From: a bacterium | Lineage (GTDB): Bacteria; Actinomycetota; Acidimicrobiia; Spongiisociales; ZC4RG35 | Assembly (NCBI GenBank): GCA_024638655.1 | Contig: JAHEJW010000005.1 | Coordinates: forward strand, 30,155 to 94,154 | Direction of reading: 5' to 3' | DNA: 64,000 bases | Part shown: positions 18,641-27,654 of the stretch, piece after piece | Layout: each line of letters opens with the position of its first letter | Position numbering within the stretch: the first letter of the stretch is position 1 | Position numbers and translations under genes: made by a program | Notes under the pieces: generated by a model | What the model saw: only the letters and a program-made list of their open reading frames with translations | The model's database searches: none | Told to the model about the DNA's origin: nothing

Positions 18641-20245
18641 ATGACTCATTCAACTCGGCTGATTCTCTCGCTGATGGTTGCCGCGTCCATCGCTCTGCTG
18701 GTGCTCTGGCCATTGTTGGAACTGGTGTCGGTCGCCTCCGAGGCTCTCGATGGGCCTGGCAACGGGTCCCTCGTCGATCCGATGGCCAACACTGCGCTCG
18801 TGGGCGCGGGAACAGCGGTCCTCGCCACAATCCTCGGAGTCATCGCCGCACTCATAACCGAGCGTTCTGCAGTATCGGGCCGACAATGGCTTCGCCTCGG
18901 GATTCTCCTCCCGATGTTGGTGCCGCCGTTCGTCTCGGCTCTCAGTTGGCTCAGGGCCTACGGACCCGGTGGTCTCGTCGACGACTTCTCCGGCTTCGAG
19001 CTCCCGGGCCTATTCGGCCCGGTCGGAATCGTCTTGGTAGTGGCGATCGGGGCGACTCCCCTCGCCTATCTCATAACGGTTGCTTCTCTCCGCACGCGAG
19101 CCGAGCGAGACCTGGAGCTTGCCGCCAGGGCGAGCGGAGCGCGGCCTCTCACCAGCCTCCGTACGATCACGATCCCGCTGCTGGCTCCCGCTCTCCTCGG
19201 CATAGCCGCCCTCACCTTCGTTGTGGGTATCAACGCCTTTGGTGTTCCAGCCTTCCTGGGGACCCCGGCGTCCTTCGACACGGTGACAACGAGGATCTAT
19301 CAGGACCTCACCCTTTCCTCCCGACCAGAGTCGTTCGGCTCAGCGATCCTCCTCGCCACCGGTCTGGTGGGTGTGGCCCTCGTATTGGTGACCCTCGCCG
19401 AGATGGCATTGGGCAGGATCGACGCAGTCCCCAGGAGAGCCGTTCCCTCCGGGCATAGCGGCACACGGTCGGCCCGGGCGCGGCTCCTGACCATCCTCGT
19501 CTGGTTTGCGATCTTGCTGACGACCGTATTCCCTATGATCGCGCTCACACTCGTTGCATTGACCAGGGGGGTCGGACTCGCCCCGGCCCCGGCGAACTGG
19601 ACGCTCTCCAACTTCTCCGAGGCTCTCGACGGCAGATTCCTCGGCGCCCTAGGACGCAGCGCTCTGCTGGCCGTGATGGCGGCTACCACAGCTGTGCTTC
19701 TCGGAGTGATGGTCTCTGCACTGCGCAACAAGCTCGGGCGCGTGGCCGGAGTCACCGCCCTGGTCAGCTTCGCGCTCCCCGGGTCGACGCTCGCCGTGGC
19801 CGTGCTGCTGGCCTACGGCGCCGGCCTCCGCGACACACTTCTTCTCATACTCATCGCATACGTAGCCAAACTCTGGGCTGTCGGCCACAGGTCGATATCC
19901 GGTTCCGCCGACAATCTCCCACCAGACTTGTTCCACGCCGCCCGGATGAGCGGAGCCGGCGTCCGAACCGCGGTCCGCACCATTGTCTTGCCGCTGCTGA
20001 GTCCCGCCTTGCTAGCCGGATGGGTTCTGGTCTTCCTCTTCGCCTTCCATGAGCTGACGATGTCGAGCCTCCTCTACGGGCCAGGTACCGACACCCTGGC
20101 GGTAGCGATTCTCAACCTCCAGCAGTTGGGAGACGTGCAGGTTTCGTCTGCATTGGCCGTGATCCTCACGCTTCCGCTCATCTTGATGGCCATCCCGGTC
20201 CTGGTCTTGGGGCGACTCCCGGGACGCTTGATGGGAACGGGTTGA
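18641..20245 (+). CDS. ABC transporter permease (two fused permease domains, FbpB/ThiP-like)
   Basis: 534 aa, ~12 TM helices, duplicated permease signature region. Confidence 0.8.
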   Translation: MTHSTRLILSLMVAASIALLVLWPLLELVSVASEALDGPGNGSLVDPMANTALVGAGTAVLATILGVIAALITERSAVSGRQWLRLGILLPMLVPPFVSALSWLRAYGPGGLVDDFSGFELPGLFGPVGIVLVVAIGATPLAYLITVASLRTRAERDLELAARASGARPLTSLRTITIPLLAPALLGIAALTFVVGINAFGVPAFLGTPASFDTVTTRIYQDLTLSSRPESFGSAILLATGLVGVALVLVTLAEMALGRIDAVPRRAVPSGHSGTRSARARLLTILVWFAILLTTVFPMIALTLVALTRGVGLAPAPANWTLSNFSEALDGRFLGALGRSALLAVMAATTAVLLGVMVSALRNKLGRVAGVTALVSFALPGSTLAVAVLLAYGAGLRDTLLLILIAYVAKLWAVGHRSISGSADNLPPDLFHAARMSGAGVRTAVRTIVLPLLSPALLAGWVLVFLFAFHELTMSSLLYGPGTDTLAVAILNLQQLGDVQVSSALAVILTLPLILMAIPVLVLGRLPGRLMGTG

Positions 20246-21282
20246 GCCCTTTGCTCGAATGTCAGGGTGTGTCGGTCCAATACGGGCCCGTGCAGGCTGT
20301 GAAGGACTTCGACCTGACACTTGAGCCTGGTGAGACGGTTGCTCTGCTCGGTCCGTCGGGATCGGGCAAGAGCAGCGTCATGTACGCGGTTGCCGGGTTC
20401 ACCCGGATATCAGCGGGTCGGATCATTCTCTCCGGCGAGGACGTATCGACGCCGAAAGCCTCGGTCCCCCCCGAGAAGCGCTCGGTTGCCCTGGTATTCC
20501 AGAACTATGCCCTGTGGCCGCACCTCAGTGCCTTGGAGAACGTGGCCTACCCGTTGCGCCGGGCGGCAAAGCCAAAGGCCCAATCCCTTCTCGAAGCCTC
20601 CCACCTGCTCGAGAAGGTCGGGATGACCGAGCTCTCCCAGAGAAAGCCCGCCGAGCTCTCCGGAGGCGAACAGCAGCGCGTGGGCCTCGCTCGGGCTTTG
20701 GCGCGGGCCGCGGACATCTATCTCTTCGACGAGCCGACGGCCCACCTCGATTCCCAGATCCGTGAGTCCGTCGCCAACGAAATCGCCAAGCGCAGGGCCG
20801 AACTCGGGGCGGCGGCAATCTACGCCACACACGACTCCGAAGAGGCGCTGGCCATCGCCGACCGCGTCGTGATTTTGCGAAGCGGCTCGATGGTCCAAAC
20901 GGGAACGCCAGCCGACGTCTACGAACGCCCGATCGACGCATGGGCGGCGCGACTCACCGGCCCGGTCGCAACTTTGAACGCCACTGTGCTCGAAGCCAAG
21001 CCGGGCAAGCTCAAGGTCTTGCTCGACGAGGTCACGGTGATTGCGCACAGTGCAAGCTCGACGCCAACTAGATCGGTTGAGCTGCTGATCCGACCGGAGT
21101 GGGTGAGACCCGGCGGCGAGATCCGTGGGACGGCCGTCGAAGTCTCCTATCGAGGTCCACACACCGACTATGTGATCTCCACCAAATCGGGCCACTTGGT
21201 TGCTCGAGCAGCTGGCTCGCCCCGACTCGAAGTCGGCCAGGTCGGCGGATGGACGATTGAGCGAGCATGGGCCCCGTCCTGA
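20242..21282 (+). CDS. ABC transporter ATP-binding protein (FbpC/ThiQ-like with C-terminal TOBE-like domain)
   Basis: Walker A GPSGSGKSS, signature LSGGEQQRVGLARAL, Walker B IYLFDEP; 4-nt overlap with permease. Confidence 0.9.
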   Translation: MSPLLECQGVSVQYGPVQAVKDFDLTLEPGETVALLGPSGSGKSSVMYAVAGFTRISAGRIILSGEDVSTPKASVPPEKRSVALVFQNYALWPHLSALENVAYPLRRAAKPKAQSLLEASHLLEKVGMTELSQRKPAELSGGEQQRVGLARALARAADIYLFDEPTAHLDSQIRESVANEIAKRRAELGAAAIYATHDSEEALAIADRVVILRSGSMVQTGTPADVYERPIDAWAARLTGPVATLNATVLEAKPGKLKVLLDEVTVIAHSASSTPTRSVELLIRPEWVRPGGEIRGTAVEVSYRGPHTDYVISTKSGHLVARAAGSPRLEVGQVGGWTIERAWAPS

Positions 21283-21316
21283 AGCCACGATTGCCGTCAG
21301 CCGTTGGGAGGAGTCG

Positions 21317-21703
21317 CTAGCCCAGGCGCCCGCGCCGCGAACCGATCATCACCCCGAGCAGGACCCCGATTGCCAACGCACCACCCGAGCCGATGATCAC
21401 TCTCGAGTCCTGGATCTCCACAGACCTGCCGAGCACGATGCCGAGGATCGATCGTTCCGCTCGCACTTCACGAGCGCCCGCGATCCCGGCTCCTCCCTGA
21501 TCGATGACGACACCGCCCCCTGCCCCGATCATCCAGCTCCCACCCTGCGACACCCGGACGCTGTTCCCGGCAACGATCAGCTGGCCCCCACCCTGAGTGA
21601 TCTCCAGGTTGTCCTTCGCTACCAGGGCAATGGCCCCTCCCTGCCTCAGTGAAACATGGTCACCGGTGATGAAAGGGAAGAAGCCTCGCTTGGCCTCTGT
21701 CAT
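21317..21703 (-). CDS. hypothetical protein with ~16-aa QGG repeats and a C-terminal TM anchor
   Basis: MTEAKRGFFPFITGDHVSLRQGGAIALVAKDN/LEITQGGGQLIVAGNS/VRVSQGGSWMIGAGGG/VVIDQGGAGIAGA...; ORF-track 5' extension trimmed to ATG 21701-21703 after GGAGG. Confidence 0.45.
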   Translation of the reverse strand: MTEAKRGFFPFITGDHVSLRQGGAIALVAKDNLEITQGGGQLIVAGNSVRVSQGGSWMIGAGGGVVIDQGGAGIAGAREVRAERSILGIVLGRSVEIQDSRVIIGSGGALAIGVLLGVMIGSRRGRLG

Positions 21704-21734
21704 ATCGTTGCCTCCGAGTATGCCTGGAATGCGT

Positions 21735-22310
21735 CTATTCGAGGGCCGAGCCGACGAACTCGACCAACTGTTCGACGAGTGCCTTGCGATCGATCGGACC
21801 GTCCGGTCTATACCACCTCTCGATCGCGTTGATGATCGAGAGGATGAAGATCGAGGCCGTCTTGGGGTCGAGACCTGCTCTGAAAGTGCCCTCGGCGATA
21901 CCCGATGCCAAAACGCTCCTGAAGGCGCTTTCGTAGTGATCACGAGCCGAGATCACACGTCGACGTTGATCCGGGTCGAGCATGCGTGCCTCGTTGAGAA
22001 AAGTGCGAGCGACATCGAGGTTGTCGAGGACCACGTCGACGTGCCCGGAGATGAGGGCGCGTAACCGATCGGGCGATGTGCCCTCGACCGCCAGTGCTTT
22101 CTCGGCCGATGCTTCGAACAGTCGGGCCCCTTCTCTCACCACCTCCACGAGAAGGTCCTGCTTCGAGTCCACGTGCGAATAGAGCGACGAGCCGAGCAGT
22201 CCGAGCTCCTTGCCGAGATCGCGCATCGACGTGCCGTGGTATCCCCTCTGGGCGAACAGGCGTCCCGCCGCGGCCACCACATCGGCTCTGGTGTTTCGGG
22301 TCGTGACCAT
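21735..22310 (-). CDS. TetR/AcrR-family transcriptional regulator (candidate PaaR), last-but-one gene of the paa operon
   Basis: 191 aa, N-terminal TetR HTH (AAAGRLFAQRGYHGTSMRDL); start overlaps paaE stop (TGATG). Confidence 0.85.
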   Translation of the reverse strand: MVTTRNTRADVVAAAGRLFAQRGYHGTSMRDLGKELGLLGSSLYSHVDSKQDLLVEVVREGARLFEASAEKALAVEGTSPDRLRALISGHVDVVLDNLDVARTFLNEARMLDPDQRRRVISARDHYESAFRSVLASGIAEGTFRAGLDPKTASIFILSIINAIERWYRPDGPIDRKALVEQLVEFVGSALE

Positions 22311-23383
22311 CAGCGGTGGTCGTAGCGAACGACGACCTTATCGGTCGTCGGGTGGGACTGGCAGGTGAGCACATAGCCCGCGTGGACTTCGGAGTCGACG
22401 AGCGCGTAGTTCTTGTCCATGGTGACCTCCCCTTCTTCGATACGCCCCTTGCATGTGGCACACATGCCACCTTTGCAGGAGAAAGGCAGTTCGCTCCTCA
22501 CCCTGAGCGCGGCATCGAGGATCGAGTTCTCCGGCGCCATACGCGTTGTGACGGCCCGGCCGTCCAGTATCACGGTGAGCTCCACCGACCCTTTCCCGGG
22601 CAAGGGCTCCGGGGGCAGTTTCGACTCGTCGAACGGACCGGCGAAGAAGAGCTCGTCGTGGATCCGGTCGGCGTCCACTCCCAACTCGGACAGTGTCTCG
22701 TGTGCATCCATGACCATGTCATAGGGGCCGCACAGATACCAGTCGTCGACCGGACGGGAGCCGATGAGCTTCCGATGGATGAGTCGCAGCTTCTCTGCGT
22801 CGATGCGGCCACTGAGGAGCGGGACGTCACTGCCTTCCCGACTGAGGATGTGAAACAGCTGAAAGCGATCCCGGTAGCGATCCTTGAGACCTTCGAGCTC
22901 GTCGAGAAACATGATCGAGTTCGCCGTGCGGTTTCCGTAGACGAGTGTCCATTGCGCGTCGGGCTCGGCCTCGAGCGAGCTGGAGATCAGAGAGAGCACC
23001 GGGGTGATTCCCGATCCGGCCGCAACGGCCACGGCACGTCTCGGCCTCCCCTGGTCGATCTCGATGGTGAACTCGCCAACAGGGGGCATCACCTCGAGAA
23101 CATCGCCGGCGGCAAGTCGAGTGGTTGCGAAAGTGCTGAACTTCCCACCGCCGAGACGCTTGATGCCAACCCTCAGCTTGCCCGACGACGCGTTGGCACA
23201 GATCGAGTAGGACCTCCGTACATCCTCCCTGTCGATCACCGCCCTCACAGTGACGTGCTGACCCGGTATGTACCTGAAGGTGTCGGCCAGCTCGTCTGGC
23301 ACGTCGAAGGTCACCGCTACGGAGTCCTCGGTCAGAGATGTGACTTCGGTGACGCGCAGGGGGTGAAAGACCAGCTCGCTCAT
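22310..23383 (-). CDS. paaE: 1,2-phenylacetyl-CoA epoxidase reductase subunit E (FNR-like + 2Fe-2S ferredoxin)
   Basis: 357 aa; FAD/NAD-binding RxYS...GSGITP; C-terminal CxxxxCxxC...C plant-type ferredoxin. Confidence 0.9.
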   Translation of the reverse strand: MSELVFHPLRVTEVTSLTEDSVAVTFDVPDELADTFRYIPGQHVTVRAVIDREDVRRSYSICANASSGKLRVGIKRLGGGKFSTFATTRLAAGDVLEVMPPVGEFTIEIDQGRPRRAVAVAAGSGITPVLSLISSSLEAEPDAQWTLVYGNRTANSIMFLDELEGLKDRYRDRFQLFHILSREGSDVPLLSGRIDAEKLRLIHRKLIGSRPVDDWYLCGPYDMVMDAHETLSELGVDADRIHDELFFAGPFDESKLPPEPLPGKGSVELTVILDGRAVTTRMAPENSILDAALRVRSELPFSCKGGMCATCKGRIEEGEVTMDKNYALVDSEVHAGYVLTCQSHPTTDKVVVRYDHR

Positions 23384-23880
23384 TGCAGTTCTTTGAAGTA
23401 GCCGAACGGCTCACCACACGACGAGCAGACCATCAGTGCCTTGCAGGCCGTCGAGCCGAACCGGGCGATCATCTTCGGTTCGTCGGCACGGCAACGTGGA
23501 CAGACCACATCGGCCTCAGCGGTCGGCGGAGCCACCCCGAACTCGGCGAGTTTCCGGTGCCCCTGTTCCGAAATCCACTCCGTCGACCATGCCGGGGAGT
23601 GCACCGTTGTGACCTCGGCGTCTAGAACGCCTTCCTTCTCCAGAGCGCTGCGAATGTCGTCTGCTATCTGACGCATCGCGGGGCATCCCGAGTATGTCGG
23701 GGTGATGGTCACCACCACCTGGCGGCCCAAGACCTCGACGTCACGCAGCACACCCAGGTCCTCGATGGTGAGAACCGGGATCTCCGGGTCGACCACACCG
23801 GCGACGACTCGCCGGATCCGGGCCGCGTCCAGAGATGCGGCGTTCACCATTCCAATCCCGGGTAGCTGCGCTGCATCCAC
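23380..23880 (-). CDS. paaD: 1,2-phenylacetyl-CoA epoxidase subunit D
   Basis: 166 aa; DUF59/PaaD pattern with C-terminal Cys cluster CPRC...CSSCG. Confidence 0.85.
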   Translation of the reverse strand: MDAAQLPGIGMVNAASLDAARIRRVVAGVVDPEIPVLTIEDLGVLRDVEVLGRQVVVTITPTYSGCPAMRQIADDIRSALEKEGVLDAEVTTVHSPAWSTEWISEQGHRKLAEFGVAPPTAEADVVCPRCRADEPKMIARFGSTACKALMVCSSCGEPFGYFKELQ

Positions 23881-24608
23881 TGCATCTCGGTCAGAAGATG
23901 GCCAAGATGACTGGTGTGGAACCCACTCCTTCCACCGGTCCTCTGGTAGGGATCCTCAGGTACGTGCAGACCGGCCTCGGCGAAGACGTCTCTGATCTTC
24001 GTCTCCCAATTGCTCCGATAGGCGTCCCCCGAACCTTCGAACATCTCTGCGGTGAAACGCCACAGGGCGTCGGCGGCAGTCTGAGCCCGGCAATGCGACT
24101 CATCGGTGCCGTCGCCCATTCGCACCGTCCAGCCGGCTGAGAACCGCAGGTGATAGTGAGCCTCCTTGAGAGCCTTTGCGGCGATGCCGGCAAGGCTGTC
24201 GTCGTTGGATCCCGAGAGGTCCTCCCAGAGGGGGACCTGATAGGCGTCGAAGAAGAGCTGGCGAAGGATCGTGTGGGCGAAGTCGGCGTTGGGCTGCTCG
24301 ACGAGAAGCAGATTGGTGAACTGCCGCTCGTCGCGGAACATGGCGAAATCGTCTTCGTGGCGCCCCTTGCCCTCGATCTCGCCTGCTTGGGTGTAGAGGG
24401 CCCGGGCGACACCGAGATGATCGAGTGCGATGTTCCCCAGGGCGATGTCGATCTCCAGTTCGGGGCCGTTCGAGATCCACCCTCCGAGTCTCTGGGCCAG
24501 GATCATGTTGTCATCGGCGTGGGCGAGCAGCATCGTGACCCGGTCGGTCGGGTCGGGCAGCGGGCTGCCCTGAGGAGGGCCGCTGAGGACCTGTTCGGAG
24601 AACATCAC
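23844..24608 (-). CDS. paaC: 1,2-phenylacetyl-CoA epoxidase subunit C
   Basis: 254 aa, PaaC-like ferritin-like fold. Confidence 0.8.
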   Translation of the reverse strand: MMFSEQVLSGPPQGSPLPDPTDRVTMLLAHADDNMILAQRLGGWISNGPELEIDIALGNIALDHLGVARALYTQAGEIEGKGRHEDDFAMFRDERQFTNLLLVEQPNADFAHTILRQLFFDAYQVPLWEDLSGSNDDSLAGIAAKALKEAHYHLRFSAGWTVRMGDGTDESHCRAQTAADALWRFTAEMFEGSGDAYRSNWETKIRDVFAEAGLHVPEDPYQRTGGRSGFHTSHLGHLLTEMQWMQRSYPGLEW

Positions 24609-24949
24609 ATCTGCCCCACTTCCTCCGGGATGTCATAGGTAGTGGCCAGCCGATAGACCTTCTCGTTGGCTTCGACGTACTCCTCGGCGGCATCAGGCTC
24701 AAAGGCGTGGACCTCGCTGCTGGGAACGACCCAGACGCTCACACCCTCGCCTCTGCGCGTGTACACGTCCCGGGCGTTTTCCAGGGCGGTTTTGGCGTCA
24801 GGAGCGTGAAGACTCCCAATGTGAACGTGGCTGATGCCCCGCTTCGCCCTCACGAATACCTCCCACATGGGCCAGCCCTCAGCAGTCGAGCCGGTTGTCT
24901 CCTCTATCTCGGCGCTCTCACCCGGAGCGACGGGAACCTCGTACGTCAT
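24605..24949 (-). CDS. paaB: 1,2-phenylacetyl-CoA epoxidase subunit B
   Basis: 114 aa; MTYEVP...WEVFVRAKRGISH... PaaB signature. Confidence 0.9.
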   Translation of the reverse strand: MTYEVPVAPGESAEIEETTGSTAEGWPMWEVFVRAKRGISHVHIGSLHAPDAKTALENARDVYTRRGEGVSVWVVPSSEVHAFEPDAAEEYVEANEKVYRLATTYDIPEEVGQM

Positions 24950-25881
24950 CAGGCGACCTCACTCATCGCCTGCTTGGCGGCGTAGGCCGAGGCGGCCTCA
25001 CGGACCCAAGCGCCGTCCTCCCACGCCCTGACCTTGTGCTCGACCCGCTCCCGATTCATCGGGCCGTTGCCCTTGACCACCCGCCAGAACTCCTCCCAGT
25101 CGACCTCACCGAAGTCGTAGTGACCCCGATCCGGATTCCACCTGATCTCGGGGTCCGGAAGCTCGACGCCGAGATACTCGGCTTGGGGAACGGTCATGTC
25201 CACGAACTGCTGTCGCAGATCGTCGTTGGAAACCCTCTTGATCTTCCAGTTCATCGACTGCTCGGAGTGGGTCGAGTCGCCGTCATGGGGCCCGAACATC
25301 ATGAGCGATGGCCACCACCACCGGTTCACCGAATCCTGAAGCATCTCCTTTTGCTCAGAGGAGCCTCGTGACAAACGGAGAAGCAGCTCGTAACCCTGTC
25401 TCTGGTGAAACGACTCCTCCTTGCAGATGCGAACCATTGCTCGCGAGTAGGGGCCGTAGGAGCAGCGGGTCAGCATGACCTGGTTGGTGATCGCTGCCCC
25501 GTCGACCAACCAACCGATCGCACCGATGTCGGCCCAGTTGAGCGTGGGGTAGTTGAAGATCGATGAGTACTTGTGTTTGCCCTGGTGCAACAGCTCCTGC
25601 ATTTCGTCGCGCTTGACACCCAGGGTCTCGGCCGCCGAGTACAGGTAGAGGCCGTGACCCGCTTCGTCCTGGACTTTGGCCATGAGGATCGCCTTGCGAT
25701 GCAAGGTCGGCGCCCTGGTGATCCAGTTGCCCTCCGGCTGCATCCCAATCACCTCGGAGTGGGCGTGTTGGGCGATCTGGCGGATCAAGGTCTTTCGGTA
25801 GCCCTCCGGCATCCAATCGGTTGGCTCGATCTTCTCTTCGGCGTCAACGATCGCCTGAAATCTCTCTTCGGGGGAGTTCAT
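24949..25881 (-). CDS. paaA: 1,2-phenylacetyl-CoA epoxidase catalytic subunit A
   Basis: MNSPEERFQ...[30 protein letters not shown]... diiron ferritin-like PaaA. ATG at 25879-25881 preferred over ORF-track GTG at 25887. Confidence 0.9.
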   Translation of the reverse strand: MNSPEERFQAIVDAEEKIEPTDWMPEGYRKTLIRQIAQHAHSEVIGMQPEGNWITRAPTLHRKAILMAKVQDEAGHGLYLYSAAETLGVKRDEMQELLHQGKHKYSSIFNYPTLNWADIGAIGWLVDGAAITNQVMLTRCSYGPYSRAMVRICKEESFHQRQGYELLLRLSRGSSEQKEMLQDSVNRWWWPSLMMFGPHDGDSTHSEQSMNWKIKRVSNDDLRQQFVDMTVPQAEYLGVELPDPEIRWNPDRGHYDFGEVDWEEFWRVVKGNGPMNRERVEHKVRAWEDGAWVREAASAYAAKQAMSEVA

Positions 25882-25895
25882 GAACACATGATAGG

Positions 25896-25913
25896 CAAAC
25901 GAACGTTCGTTTG
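25896..25913. promoter_or_regulatory. 18-bp perfect palindrome CAAACGAACGTTCGTTTG 15 nt upstream of paaA start (candidate TetR/PaaR operator)
   Basis: Perfect dyad symmetry in the paaA / divergent-gene intergenic region. Confidence 0.5.
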
Positions 25914-25979
25914 TCTATTACCCCAATCAGCCGGGGAACCTTCGGCCGCCATCGATCGTCCAATCCCCGAGCCCAAGCG

Positions 25980-27521
25980 ATGAACACGCCATCTTCGACA
26001 ATCCGTTGGACGATTGCCCTGGTTCTCCTCGTCTCCTTCTCGGTCACGGCCCTTCCTCGCCCTGCTCGGGCCTGCTCATGTGCCGGGCATCCGGACCTGA
26101 GAGCCTCGATTGATGCTTCTGAGGCCGCATTCGTCGGCTCACTCATCGAGAAACAGGACGTCGGCAAGGGCGATTTCGGTGGTGAGGCTGTCTATGTGTT
26201 CGAAGTCGAGGAGTGGGTCAAAGGAGACCTCGGCAAGGTGATCGAGGTCCATTCGGCCTCTGACGGCGCTGGCTGTGGTTTCGAGTTCTTCGGCGGTGAC
26301 CAAATTGGCGCCTTCCTCCGACTGGAGGGTGGAGAGCTCCGCAGCGGGCTCTGCGAACAGGCCGATCCAGACGCCCTTCTCGTGGCGGCCAATGGACCGG
26401 TCACGAGCACAAGCGGAATCGGTCACCTCCTGGTTGCCCATGGTTGGTCGTCACCACGACTCACCGTCCTCGATCGCGACGGCGCCACCGTCATCGATCT
26501 CACGCCGATCGGCGAATTCGAGCTCTTCACCGGGACCAGTCAGCTGGTCGCATGCCCGCAAGGCAGATACGCGGTTCAATTGACTTCAGAGACGGTGGCA
26601 GTCTGGGATCTCGCGACGCTCGAGATGAAAGCGTGGTATCCCGCCACGGGCTCCAGCGGCCAGGAGTGGATACGCACGATCTCGTGCCGGTCGGCCGACG
26701 CCACCTCCATTCTCGCCGTGGCCCAATCGGGGACCGGAGCAAGCCTCTACGAGATCATCCCCGAGTGGGAGCCACTGATGGCATTGCCCGGAGAGACCTG
26801 GCACATCGGGACCTCATACGTGATCGCTCAGACCGGGCATGAGAGCGATCCAGTGCTCATCGATATGGCCACCGCCGAGGAGATGCCTCTTCACGAGACA
26901 CCCGAAGGTGAACTCCAGGCCATCAGCGTCGCACCGCATCCAAGCCGGGACCAACTCGCCATGCTCGAAACCCGCTTCCCCGGCGGCCCCGGCAAGGTCG
27001 AATCAACCCTGTTCCTGCTGAGCTCGAGCGGCGAGACCCTTCGCAGCTATGACATACCCTGGGAGGCCTACTCGCCGGTCTGGCTCGACGACCACCGCTT
27101 GCTGGTTCAGGCGTACGACTTCAACGACTGGGGGCGGCGCTTTGGCTACGTATTCGATATGGGCTCGGACGACCCAACCGTCATCGAGAGCTGGCGGGGC
27201 GACCATCCGGTGGCTGATGGATCGACGATCTACGCCATCGACGGGGCCCGAGTGGTGTCAGCCAACACCTCCAACGGTGAGATCGAGACTCTGGCCACTC
27301 TTCCCACAGAGTTCGCCGGGCCGATCCTGAAGCTCCACGACCCAGAACCCGTTGAGTCGACGACCTCAACGACGGAGCCCGAACTGGGCACTACGCCACC
27401 CCTGGTCGCACCCGAGGGTGACATCGCCGCAGTGCCGTCGGCCGGCCTCCAGTGGTTGGCCGGAACCGTGTTGGTCGGATTCGTGCTCGGTCTCATCTGG
27501 TTGGCCAGGCGCCCGGCATGA
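25980..27521 (+). CDS. surface-anchored protein: N-terminal TIMP/NTR-like (CSC-) module + beta-propeller + Thr-rich linker + C-terminal TM anchor
   Basis: Signal peptide ends ...PARA|CSCAGHP...; Cys1, Cys3, Cys68 (AGCGFEF), Cys94 (GLCEQ) spacing mirrors N-TIMP C1/C3/C70/C99. Central repeats are beta-propeller-like. C-terminal hydrophobic helix + RRPA. ORF-track start trimmed to ATG 25980. Confidence 0.55.
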   Translation: MNTPSSTIRWTIALVLLVSFSVTALPRPARACSCAGHPDLRASIDASEAAFVGSLIEKQDVGKGDFGGEAVYVFEVEEWVKGDLGKVIEVHSASDGAGCGFEFFGGDQIGAFLRLEGGELRSGLCEQADPDALLVAANGPVTSTSGIGHLLVAHGWSSPRLTVLDRDGATVIDLTPIGEFELFTGTSQLVACPQGRYAVQLTSETVAVWDLATLEMKAWYPATGSSGQEWIRTISCRSADATSILAVAQSGTGASLYEIIPEWEPLMALPGETWHIGTSYVIAQTGHESDPVLIDMATAEEMPLHETPEGELQAISVAPHPSRDQLAMLETRFPGGPGKVESTLFLLSSSGETLRSYDIPWEAYSPVWLDDHRLLVQAYDFNDWGRRFGYVFDMGSDDPTVIESWRGDHPVADGSTIYAIDGARVVSANTSNGEIETLATLPTEFAGPILKLHDPEPVESTTSTTEPELGTTPPLVAPEGDIAAVPSAGLQWLAGTVLVGFVLGLIWLARRPA

Positions 27522-27654
27522 TCGGGCCGGAAGTTGCATCTTCTGGCCGTAAGTGACCGCTGACCACCCCGGATTCGAGTTTAGGGATTGTTGAGATCCC
27601 GTTTCGGGATTCCATAGATCCGGGATCGAGGCTGTTCGCATACAGCAAAAGGAG

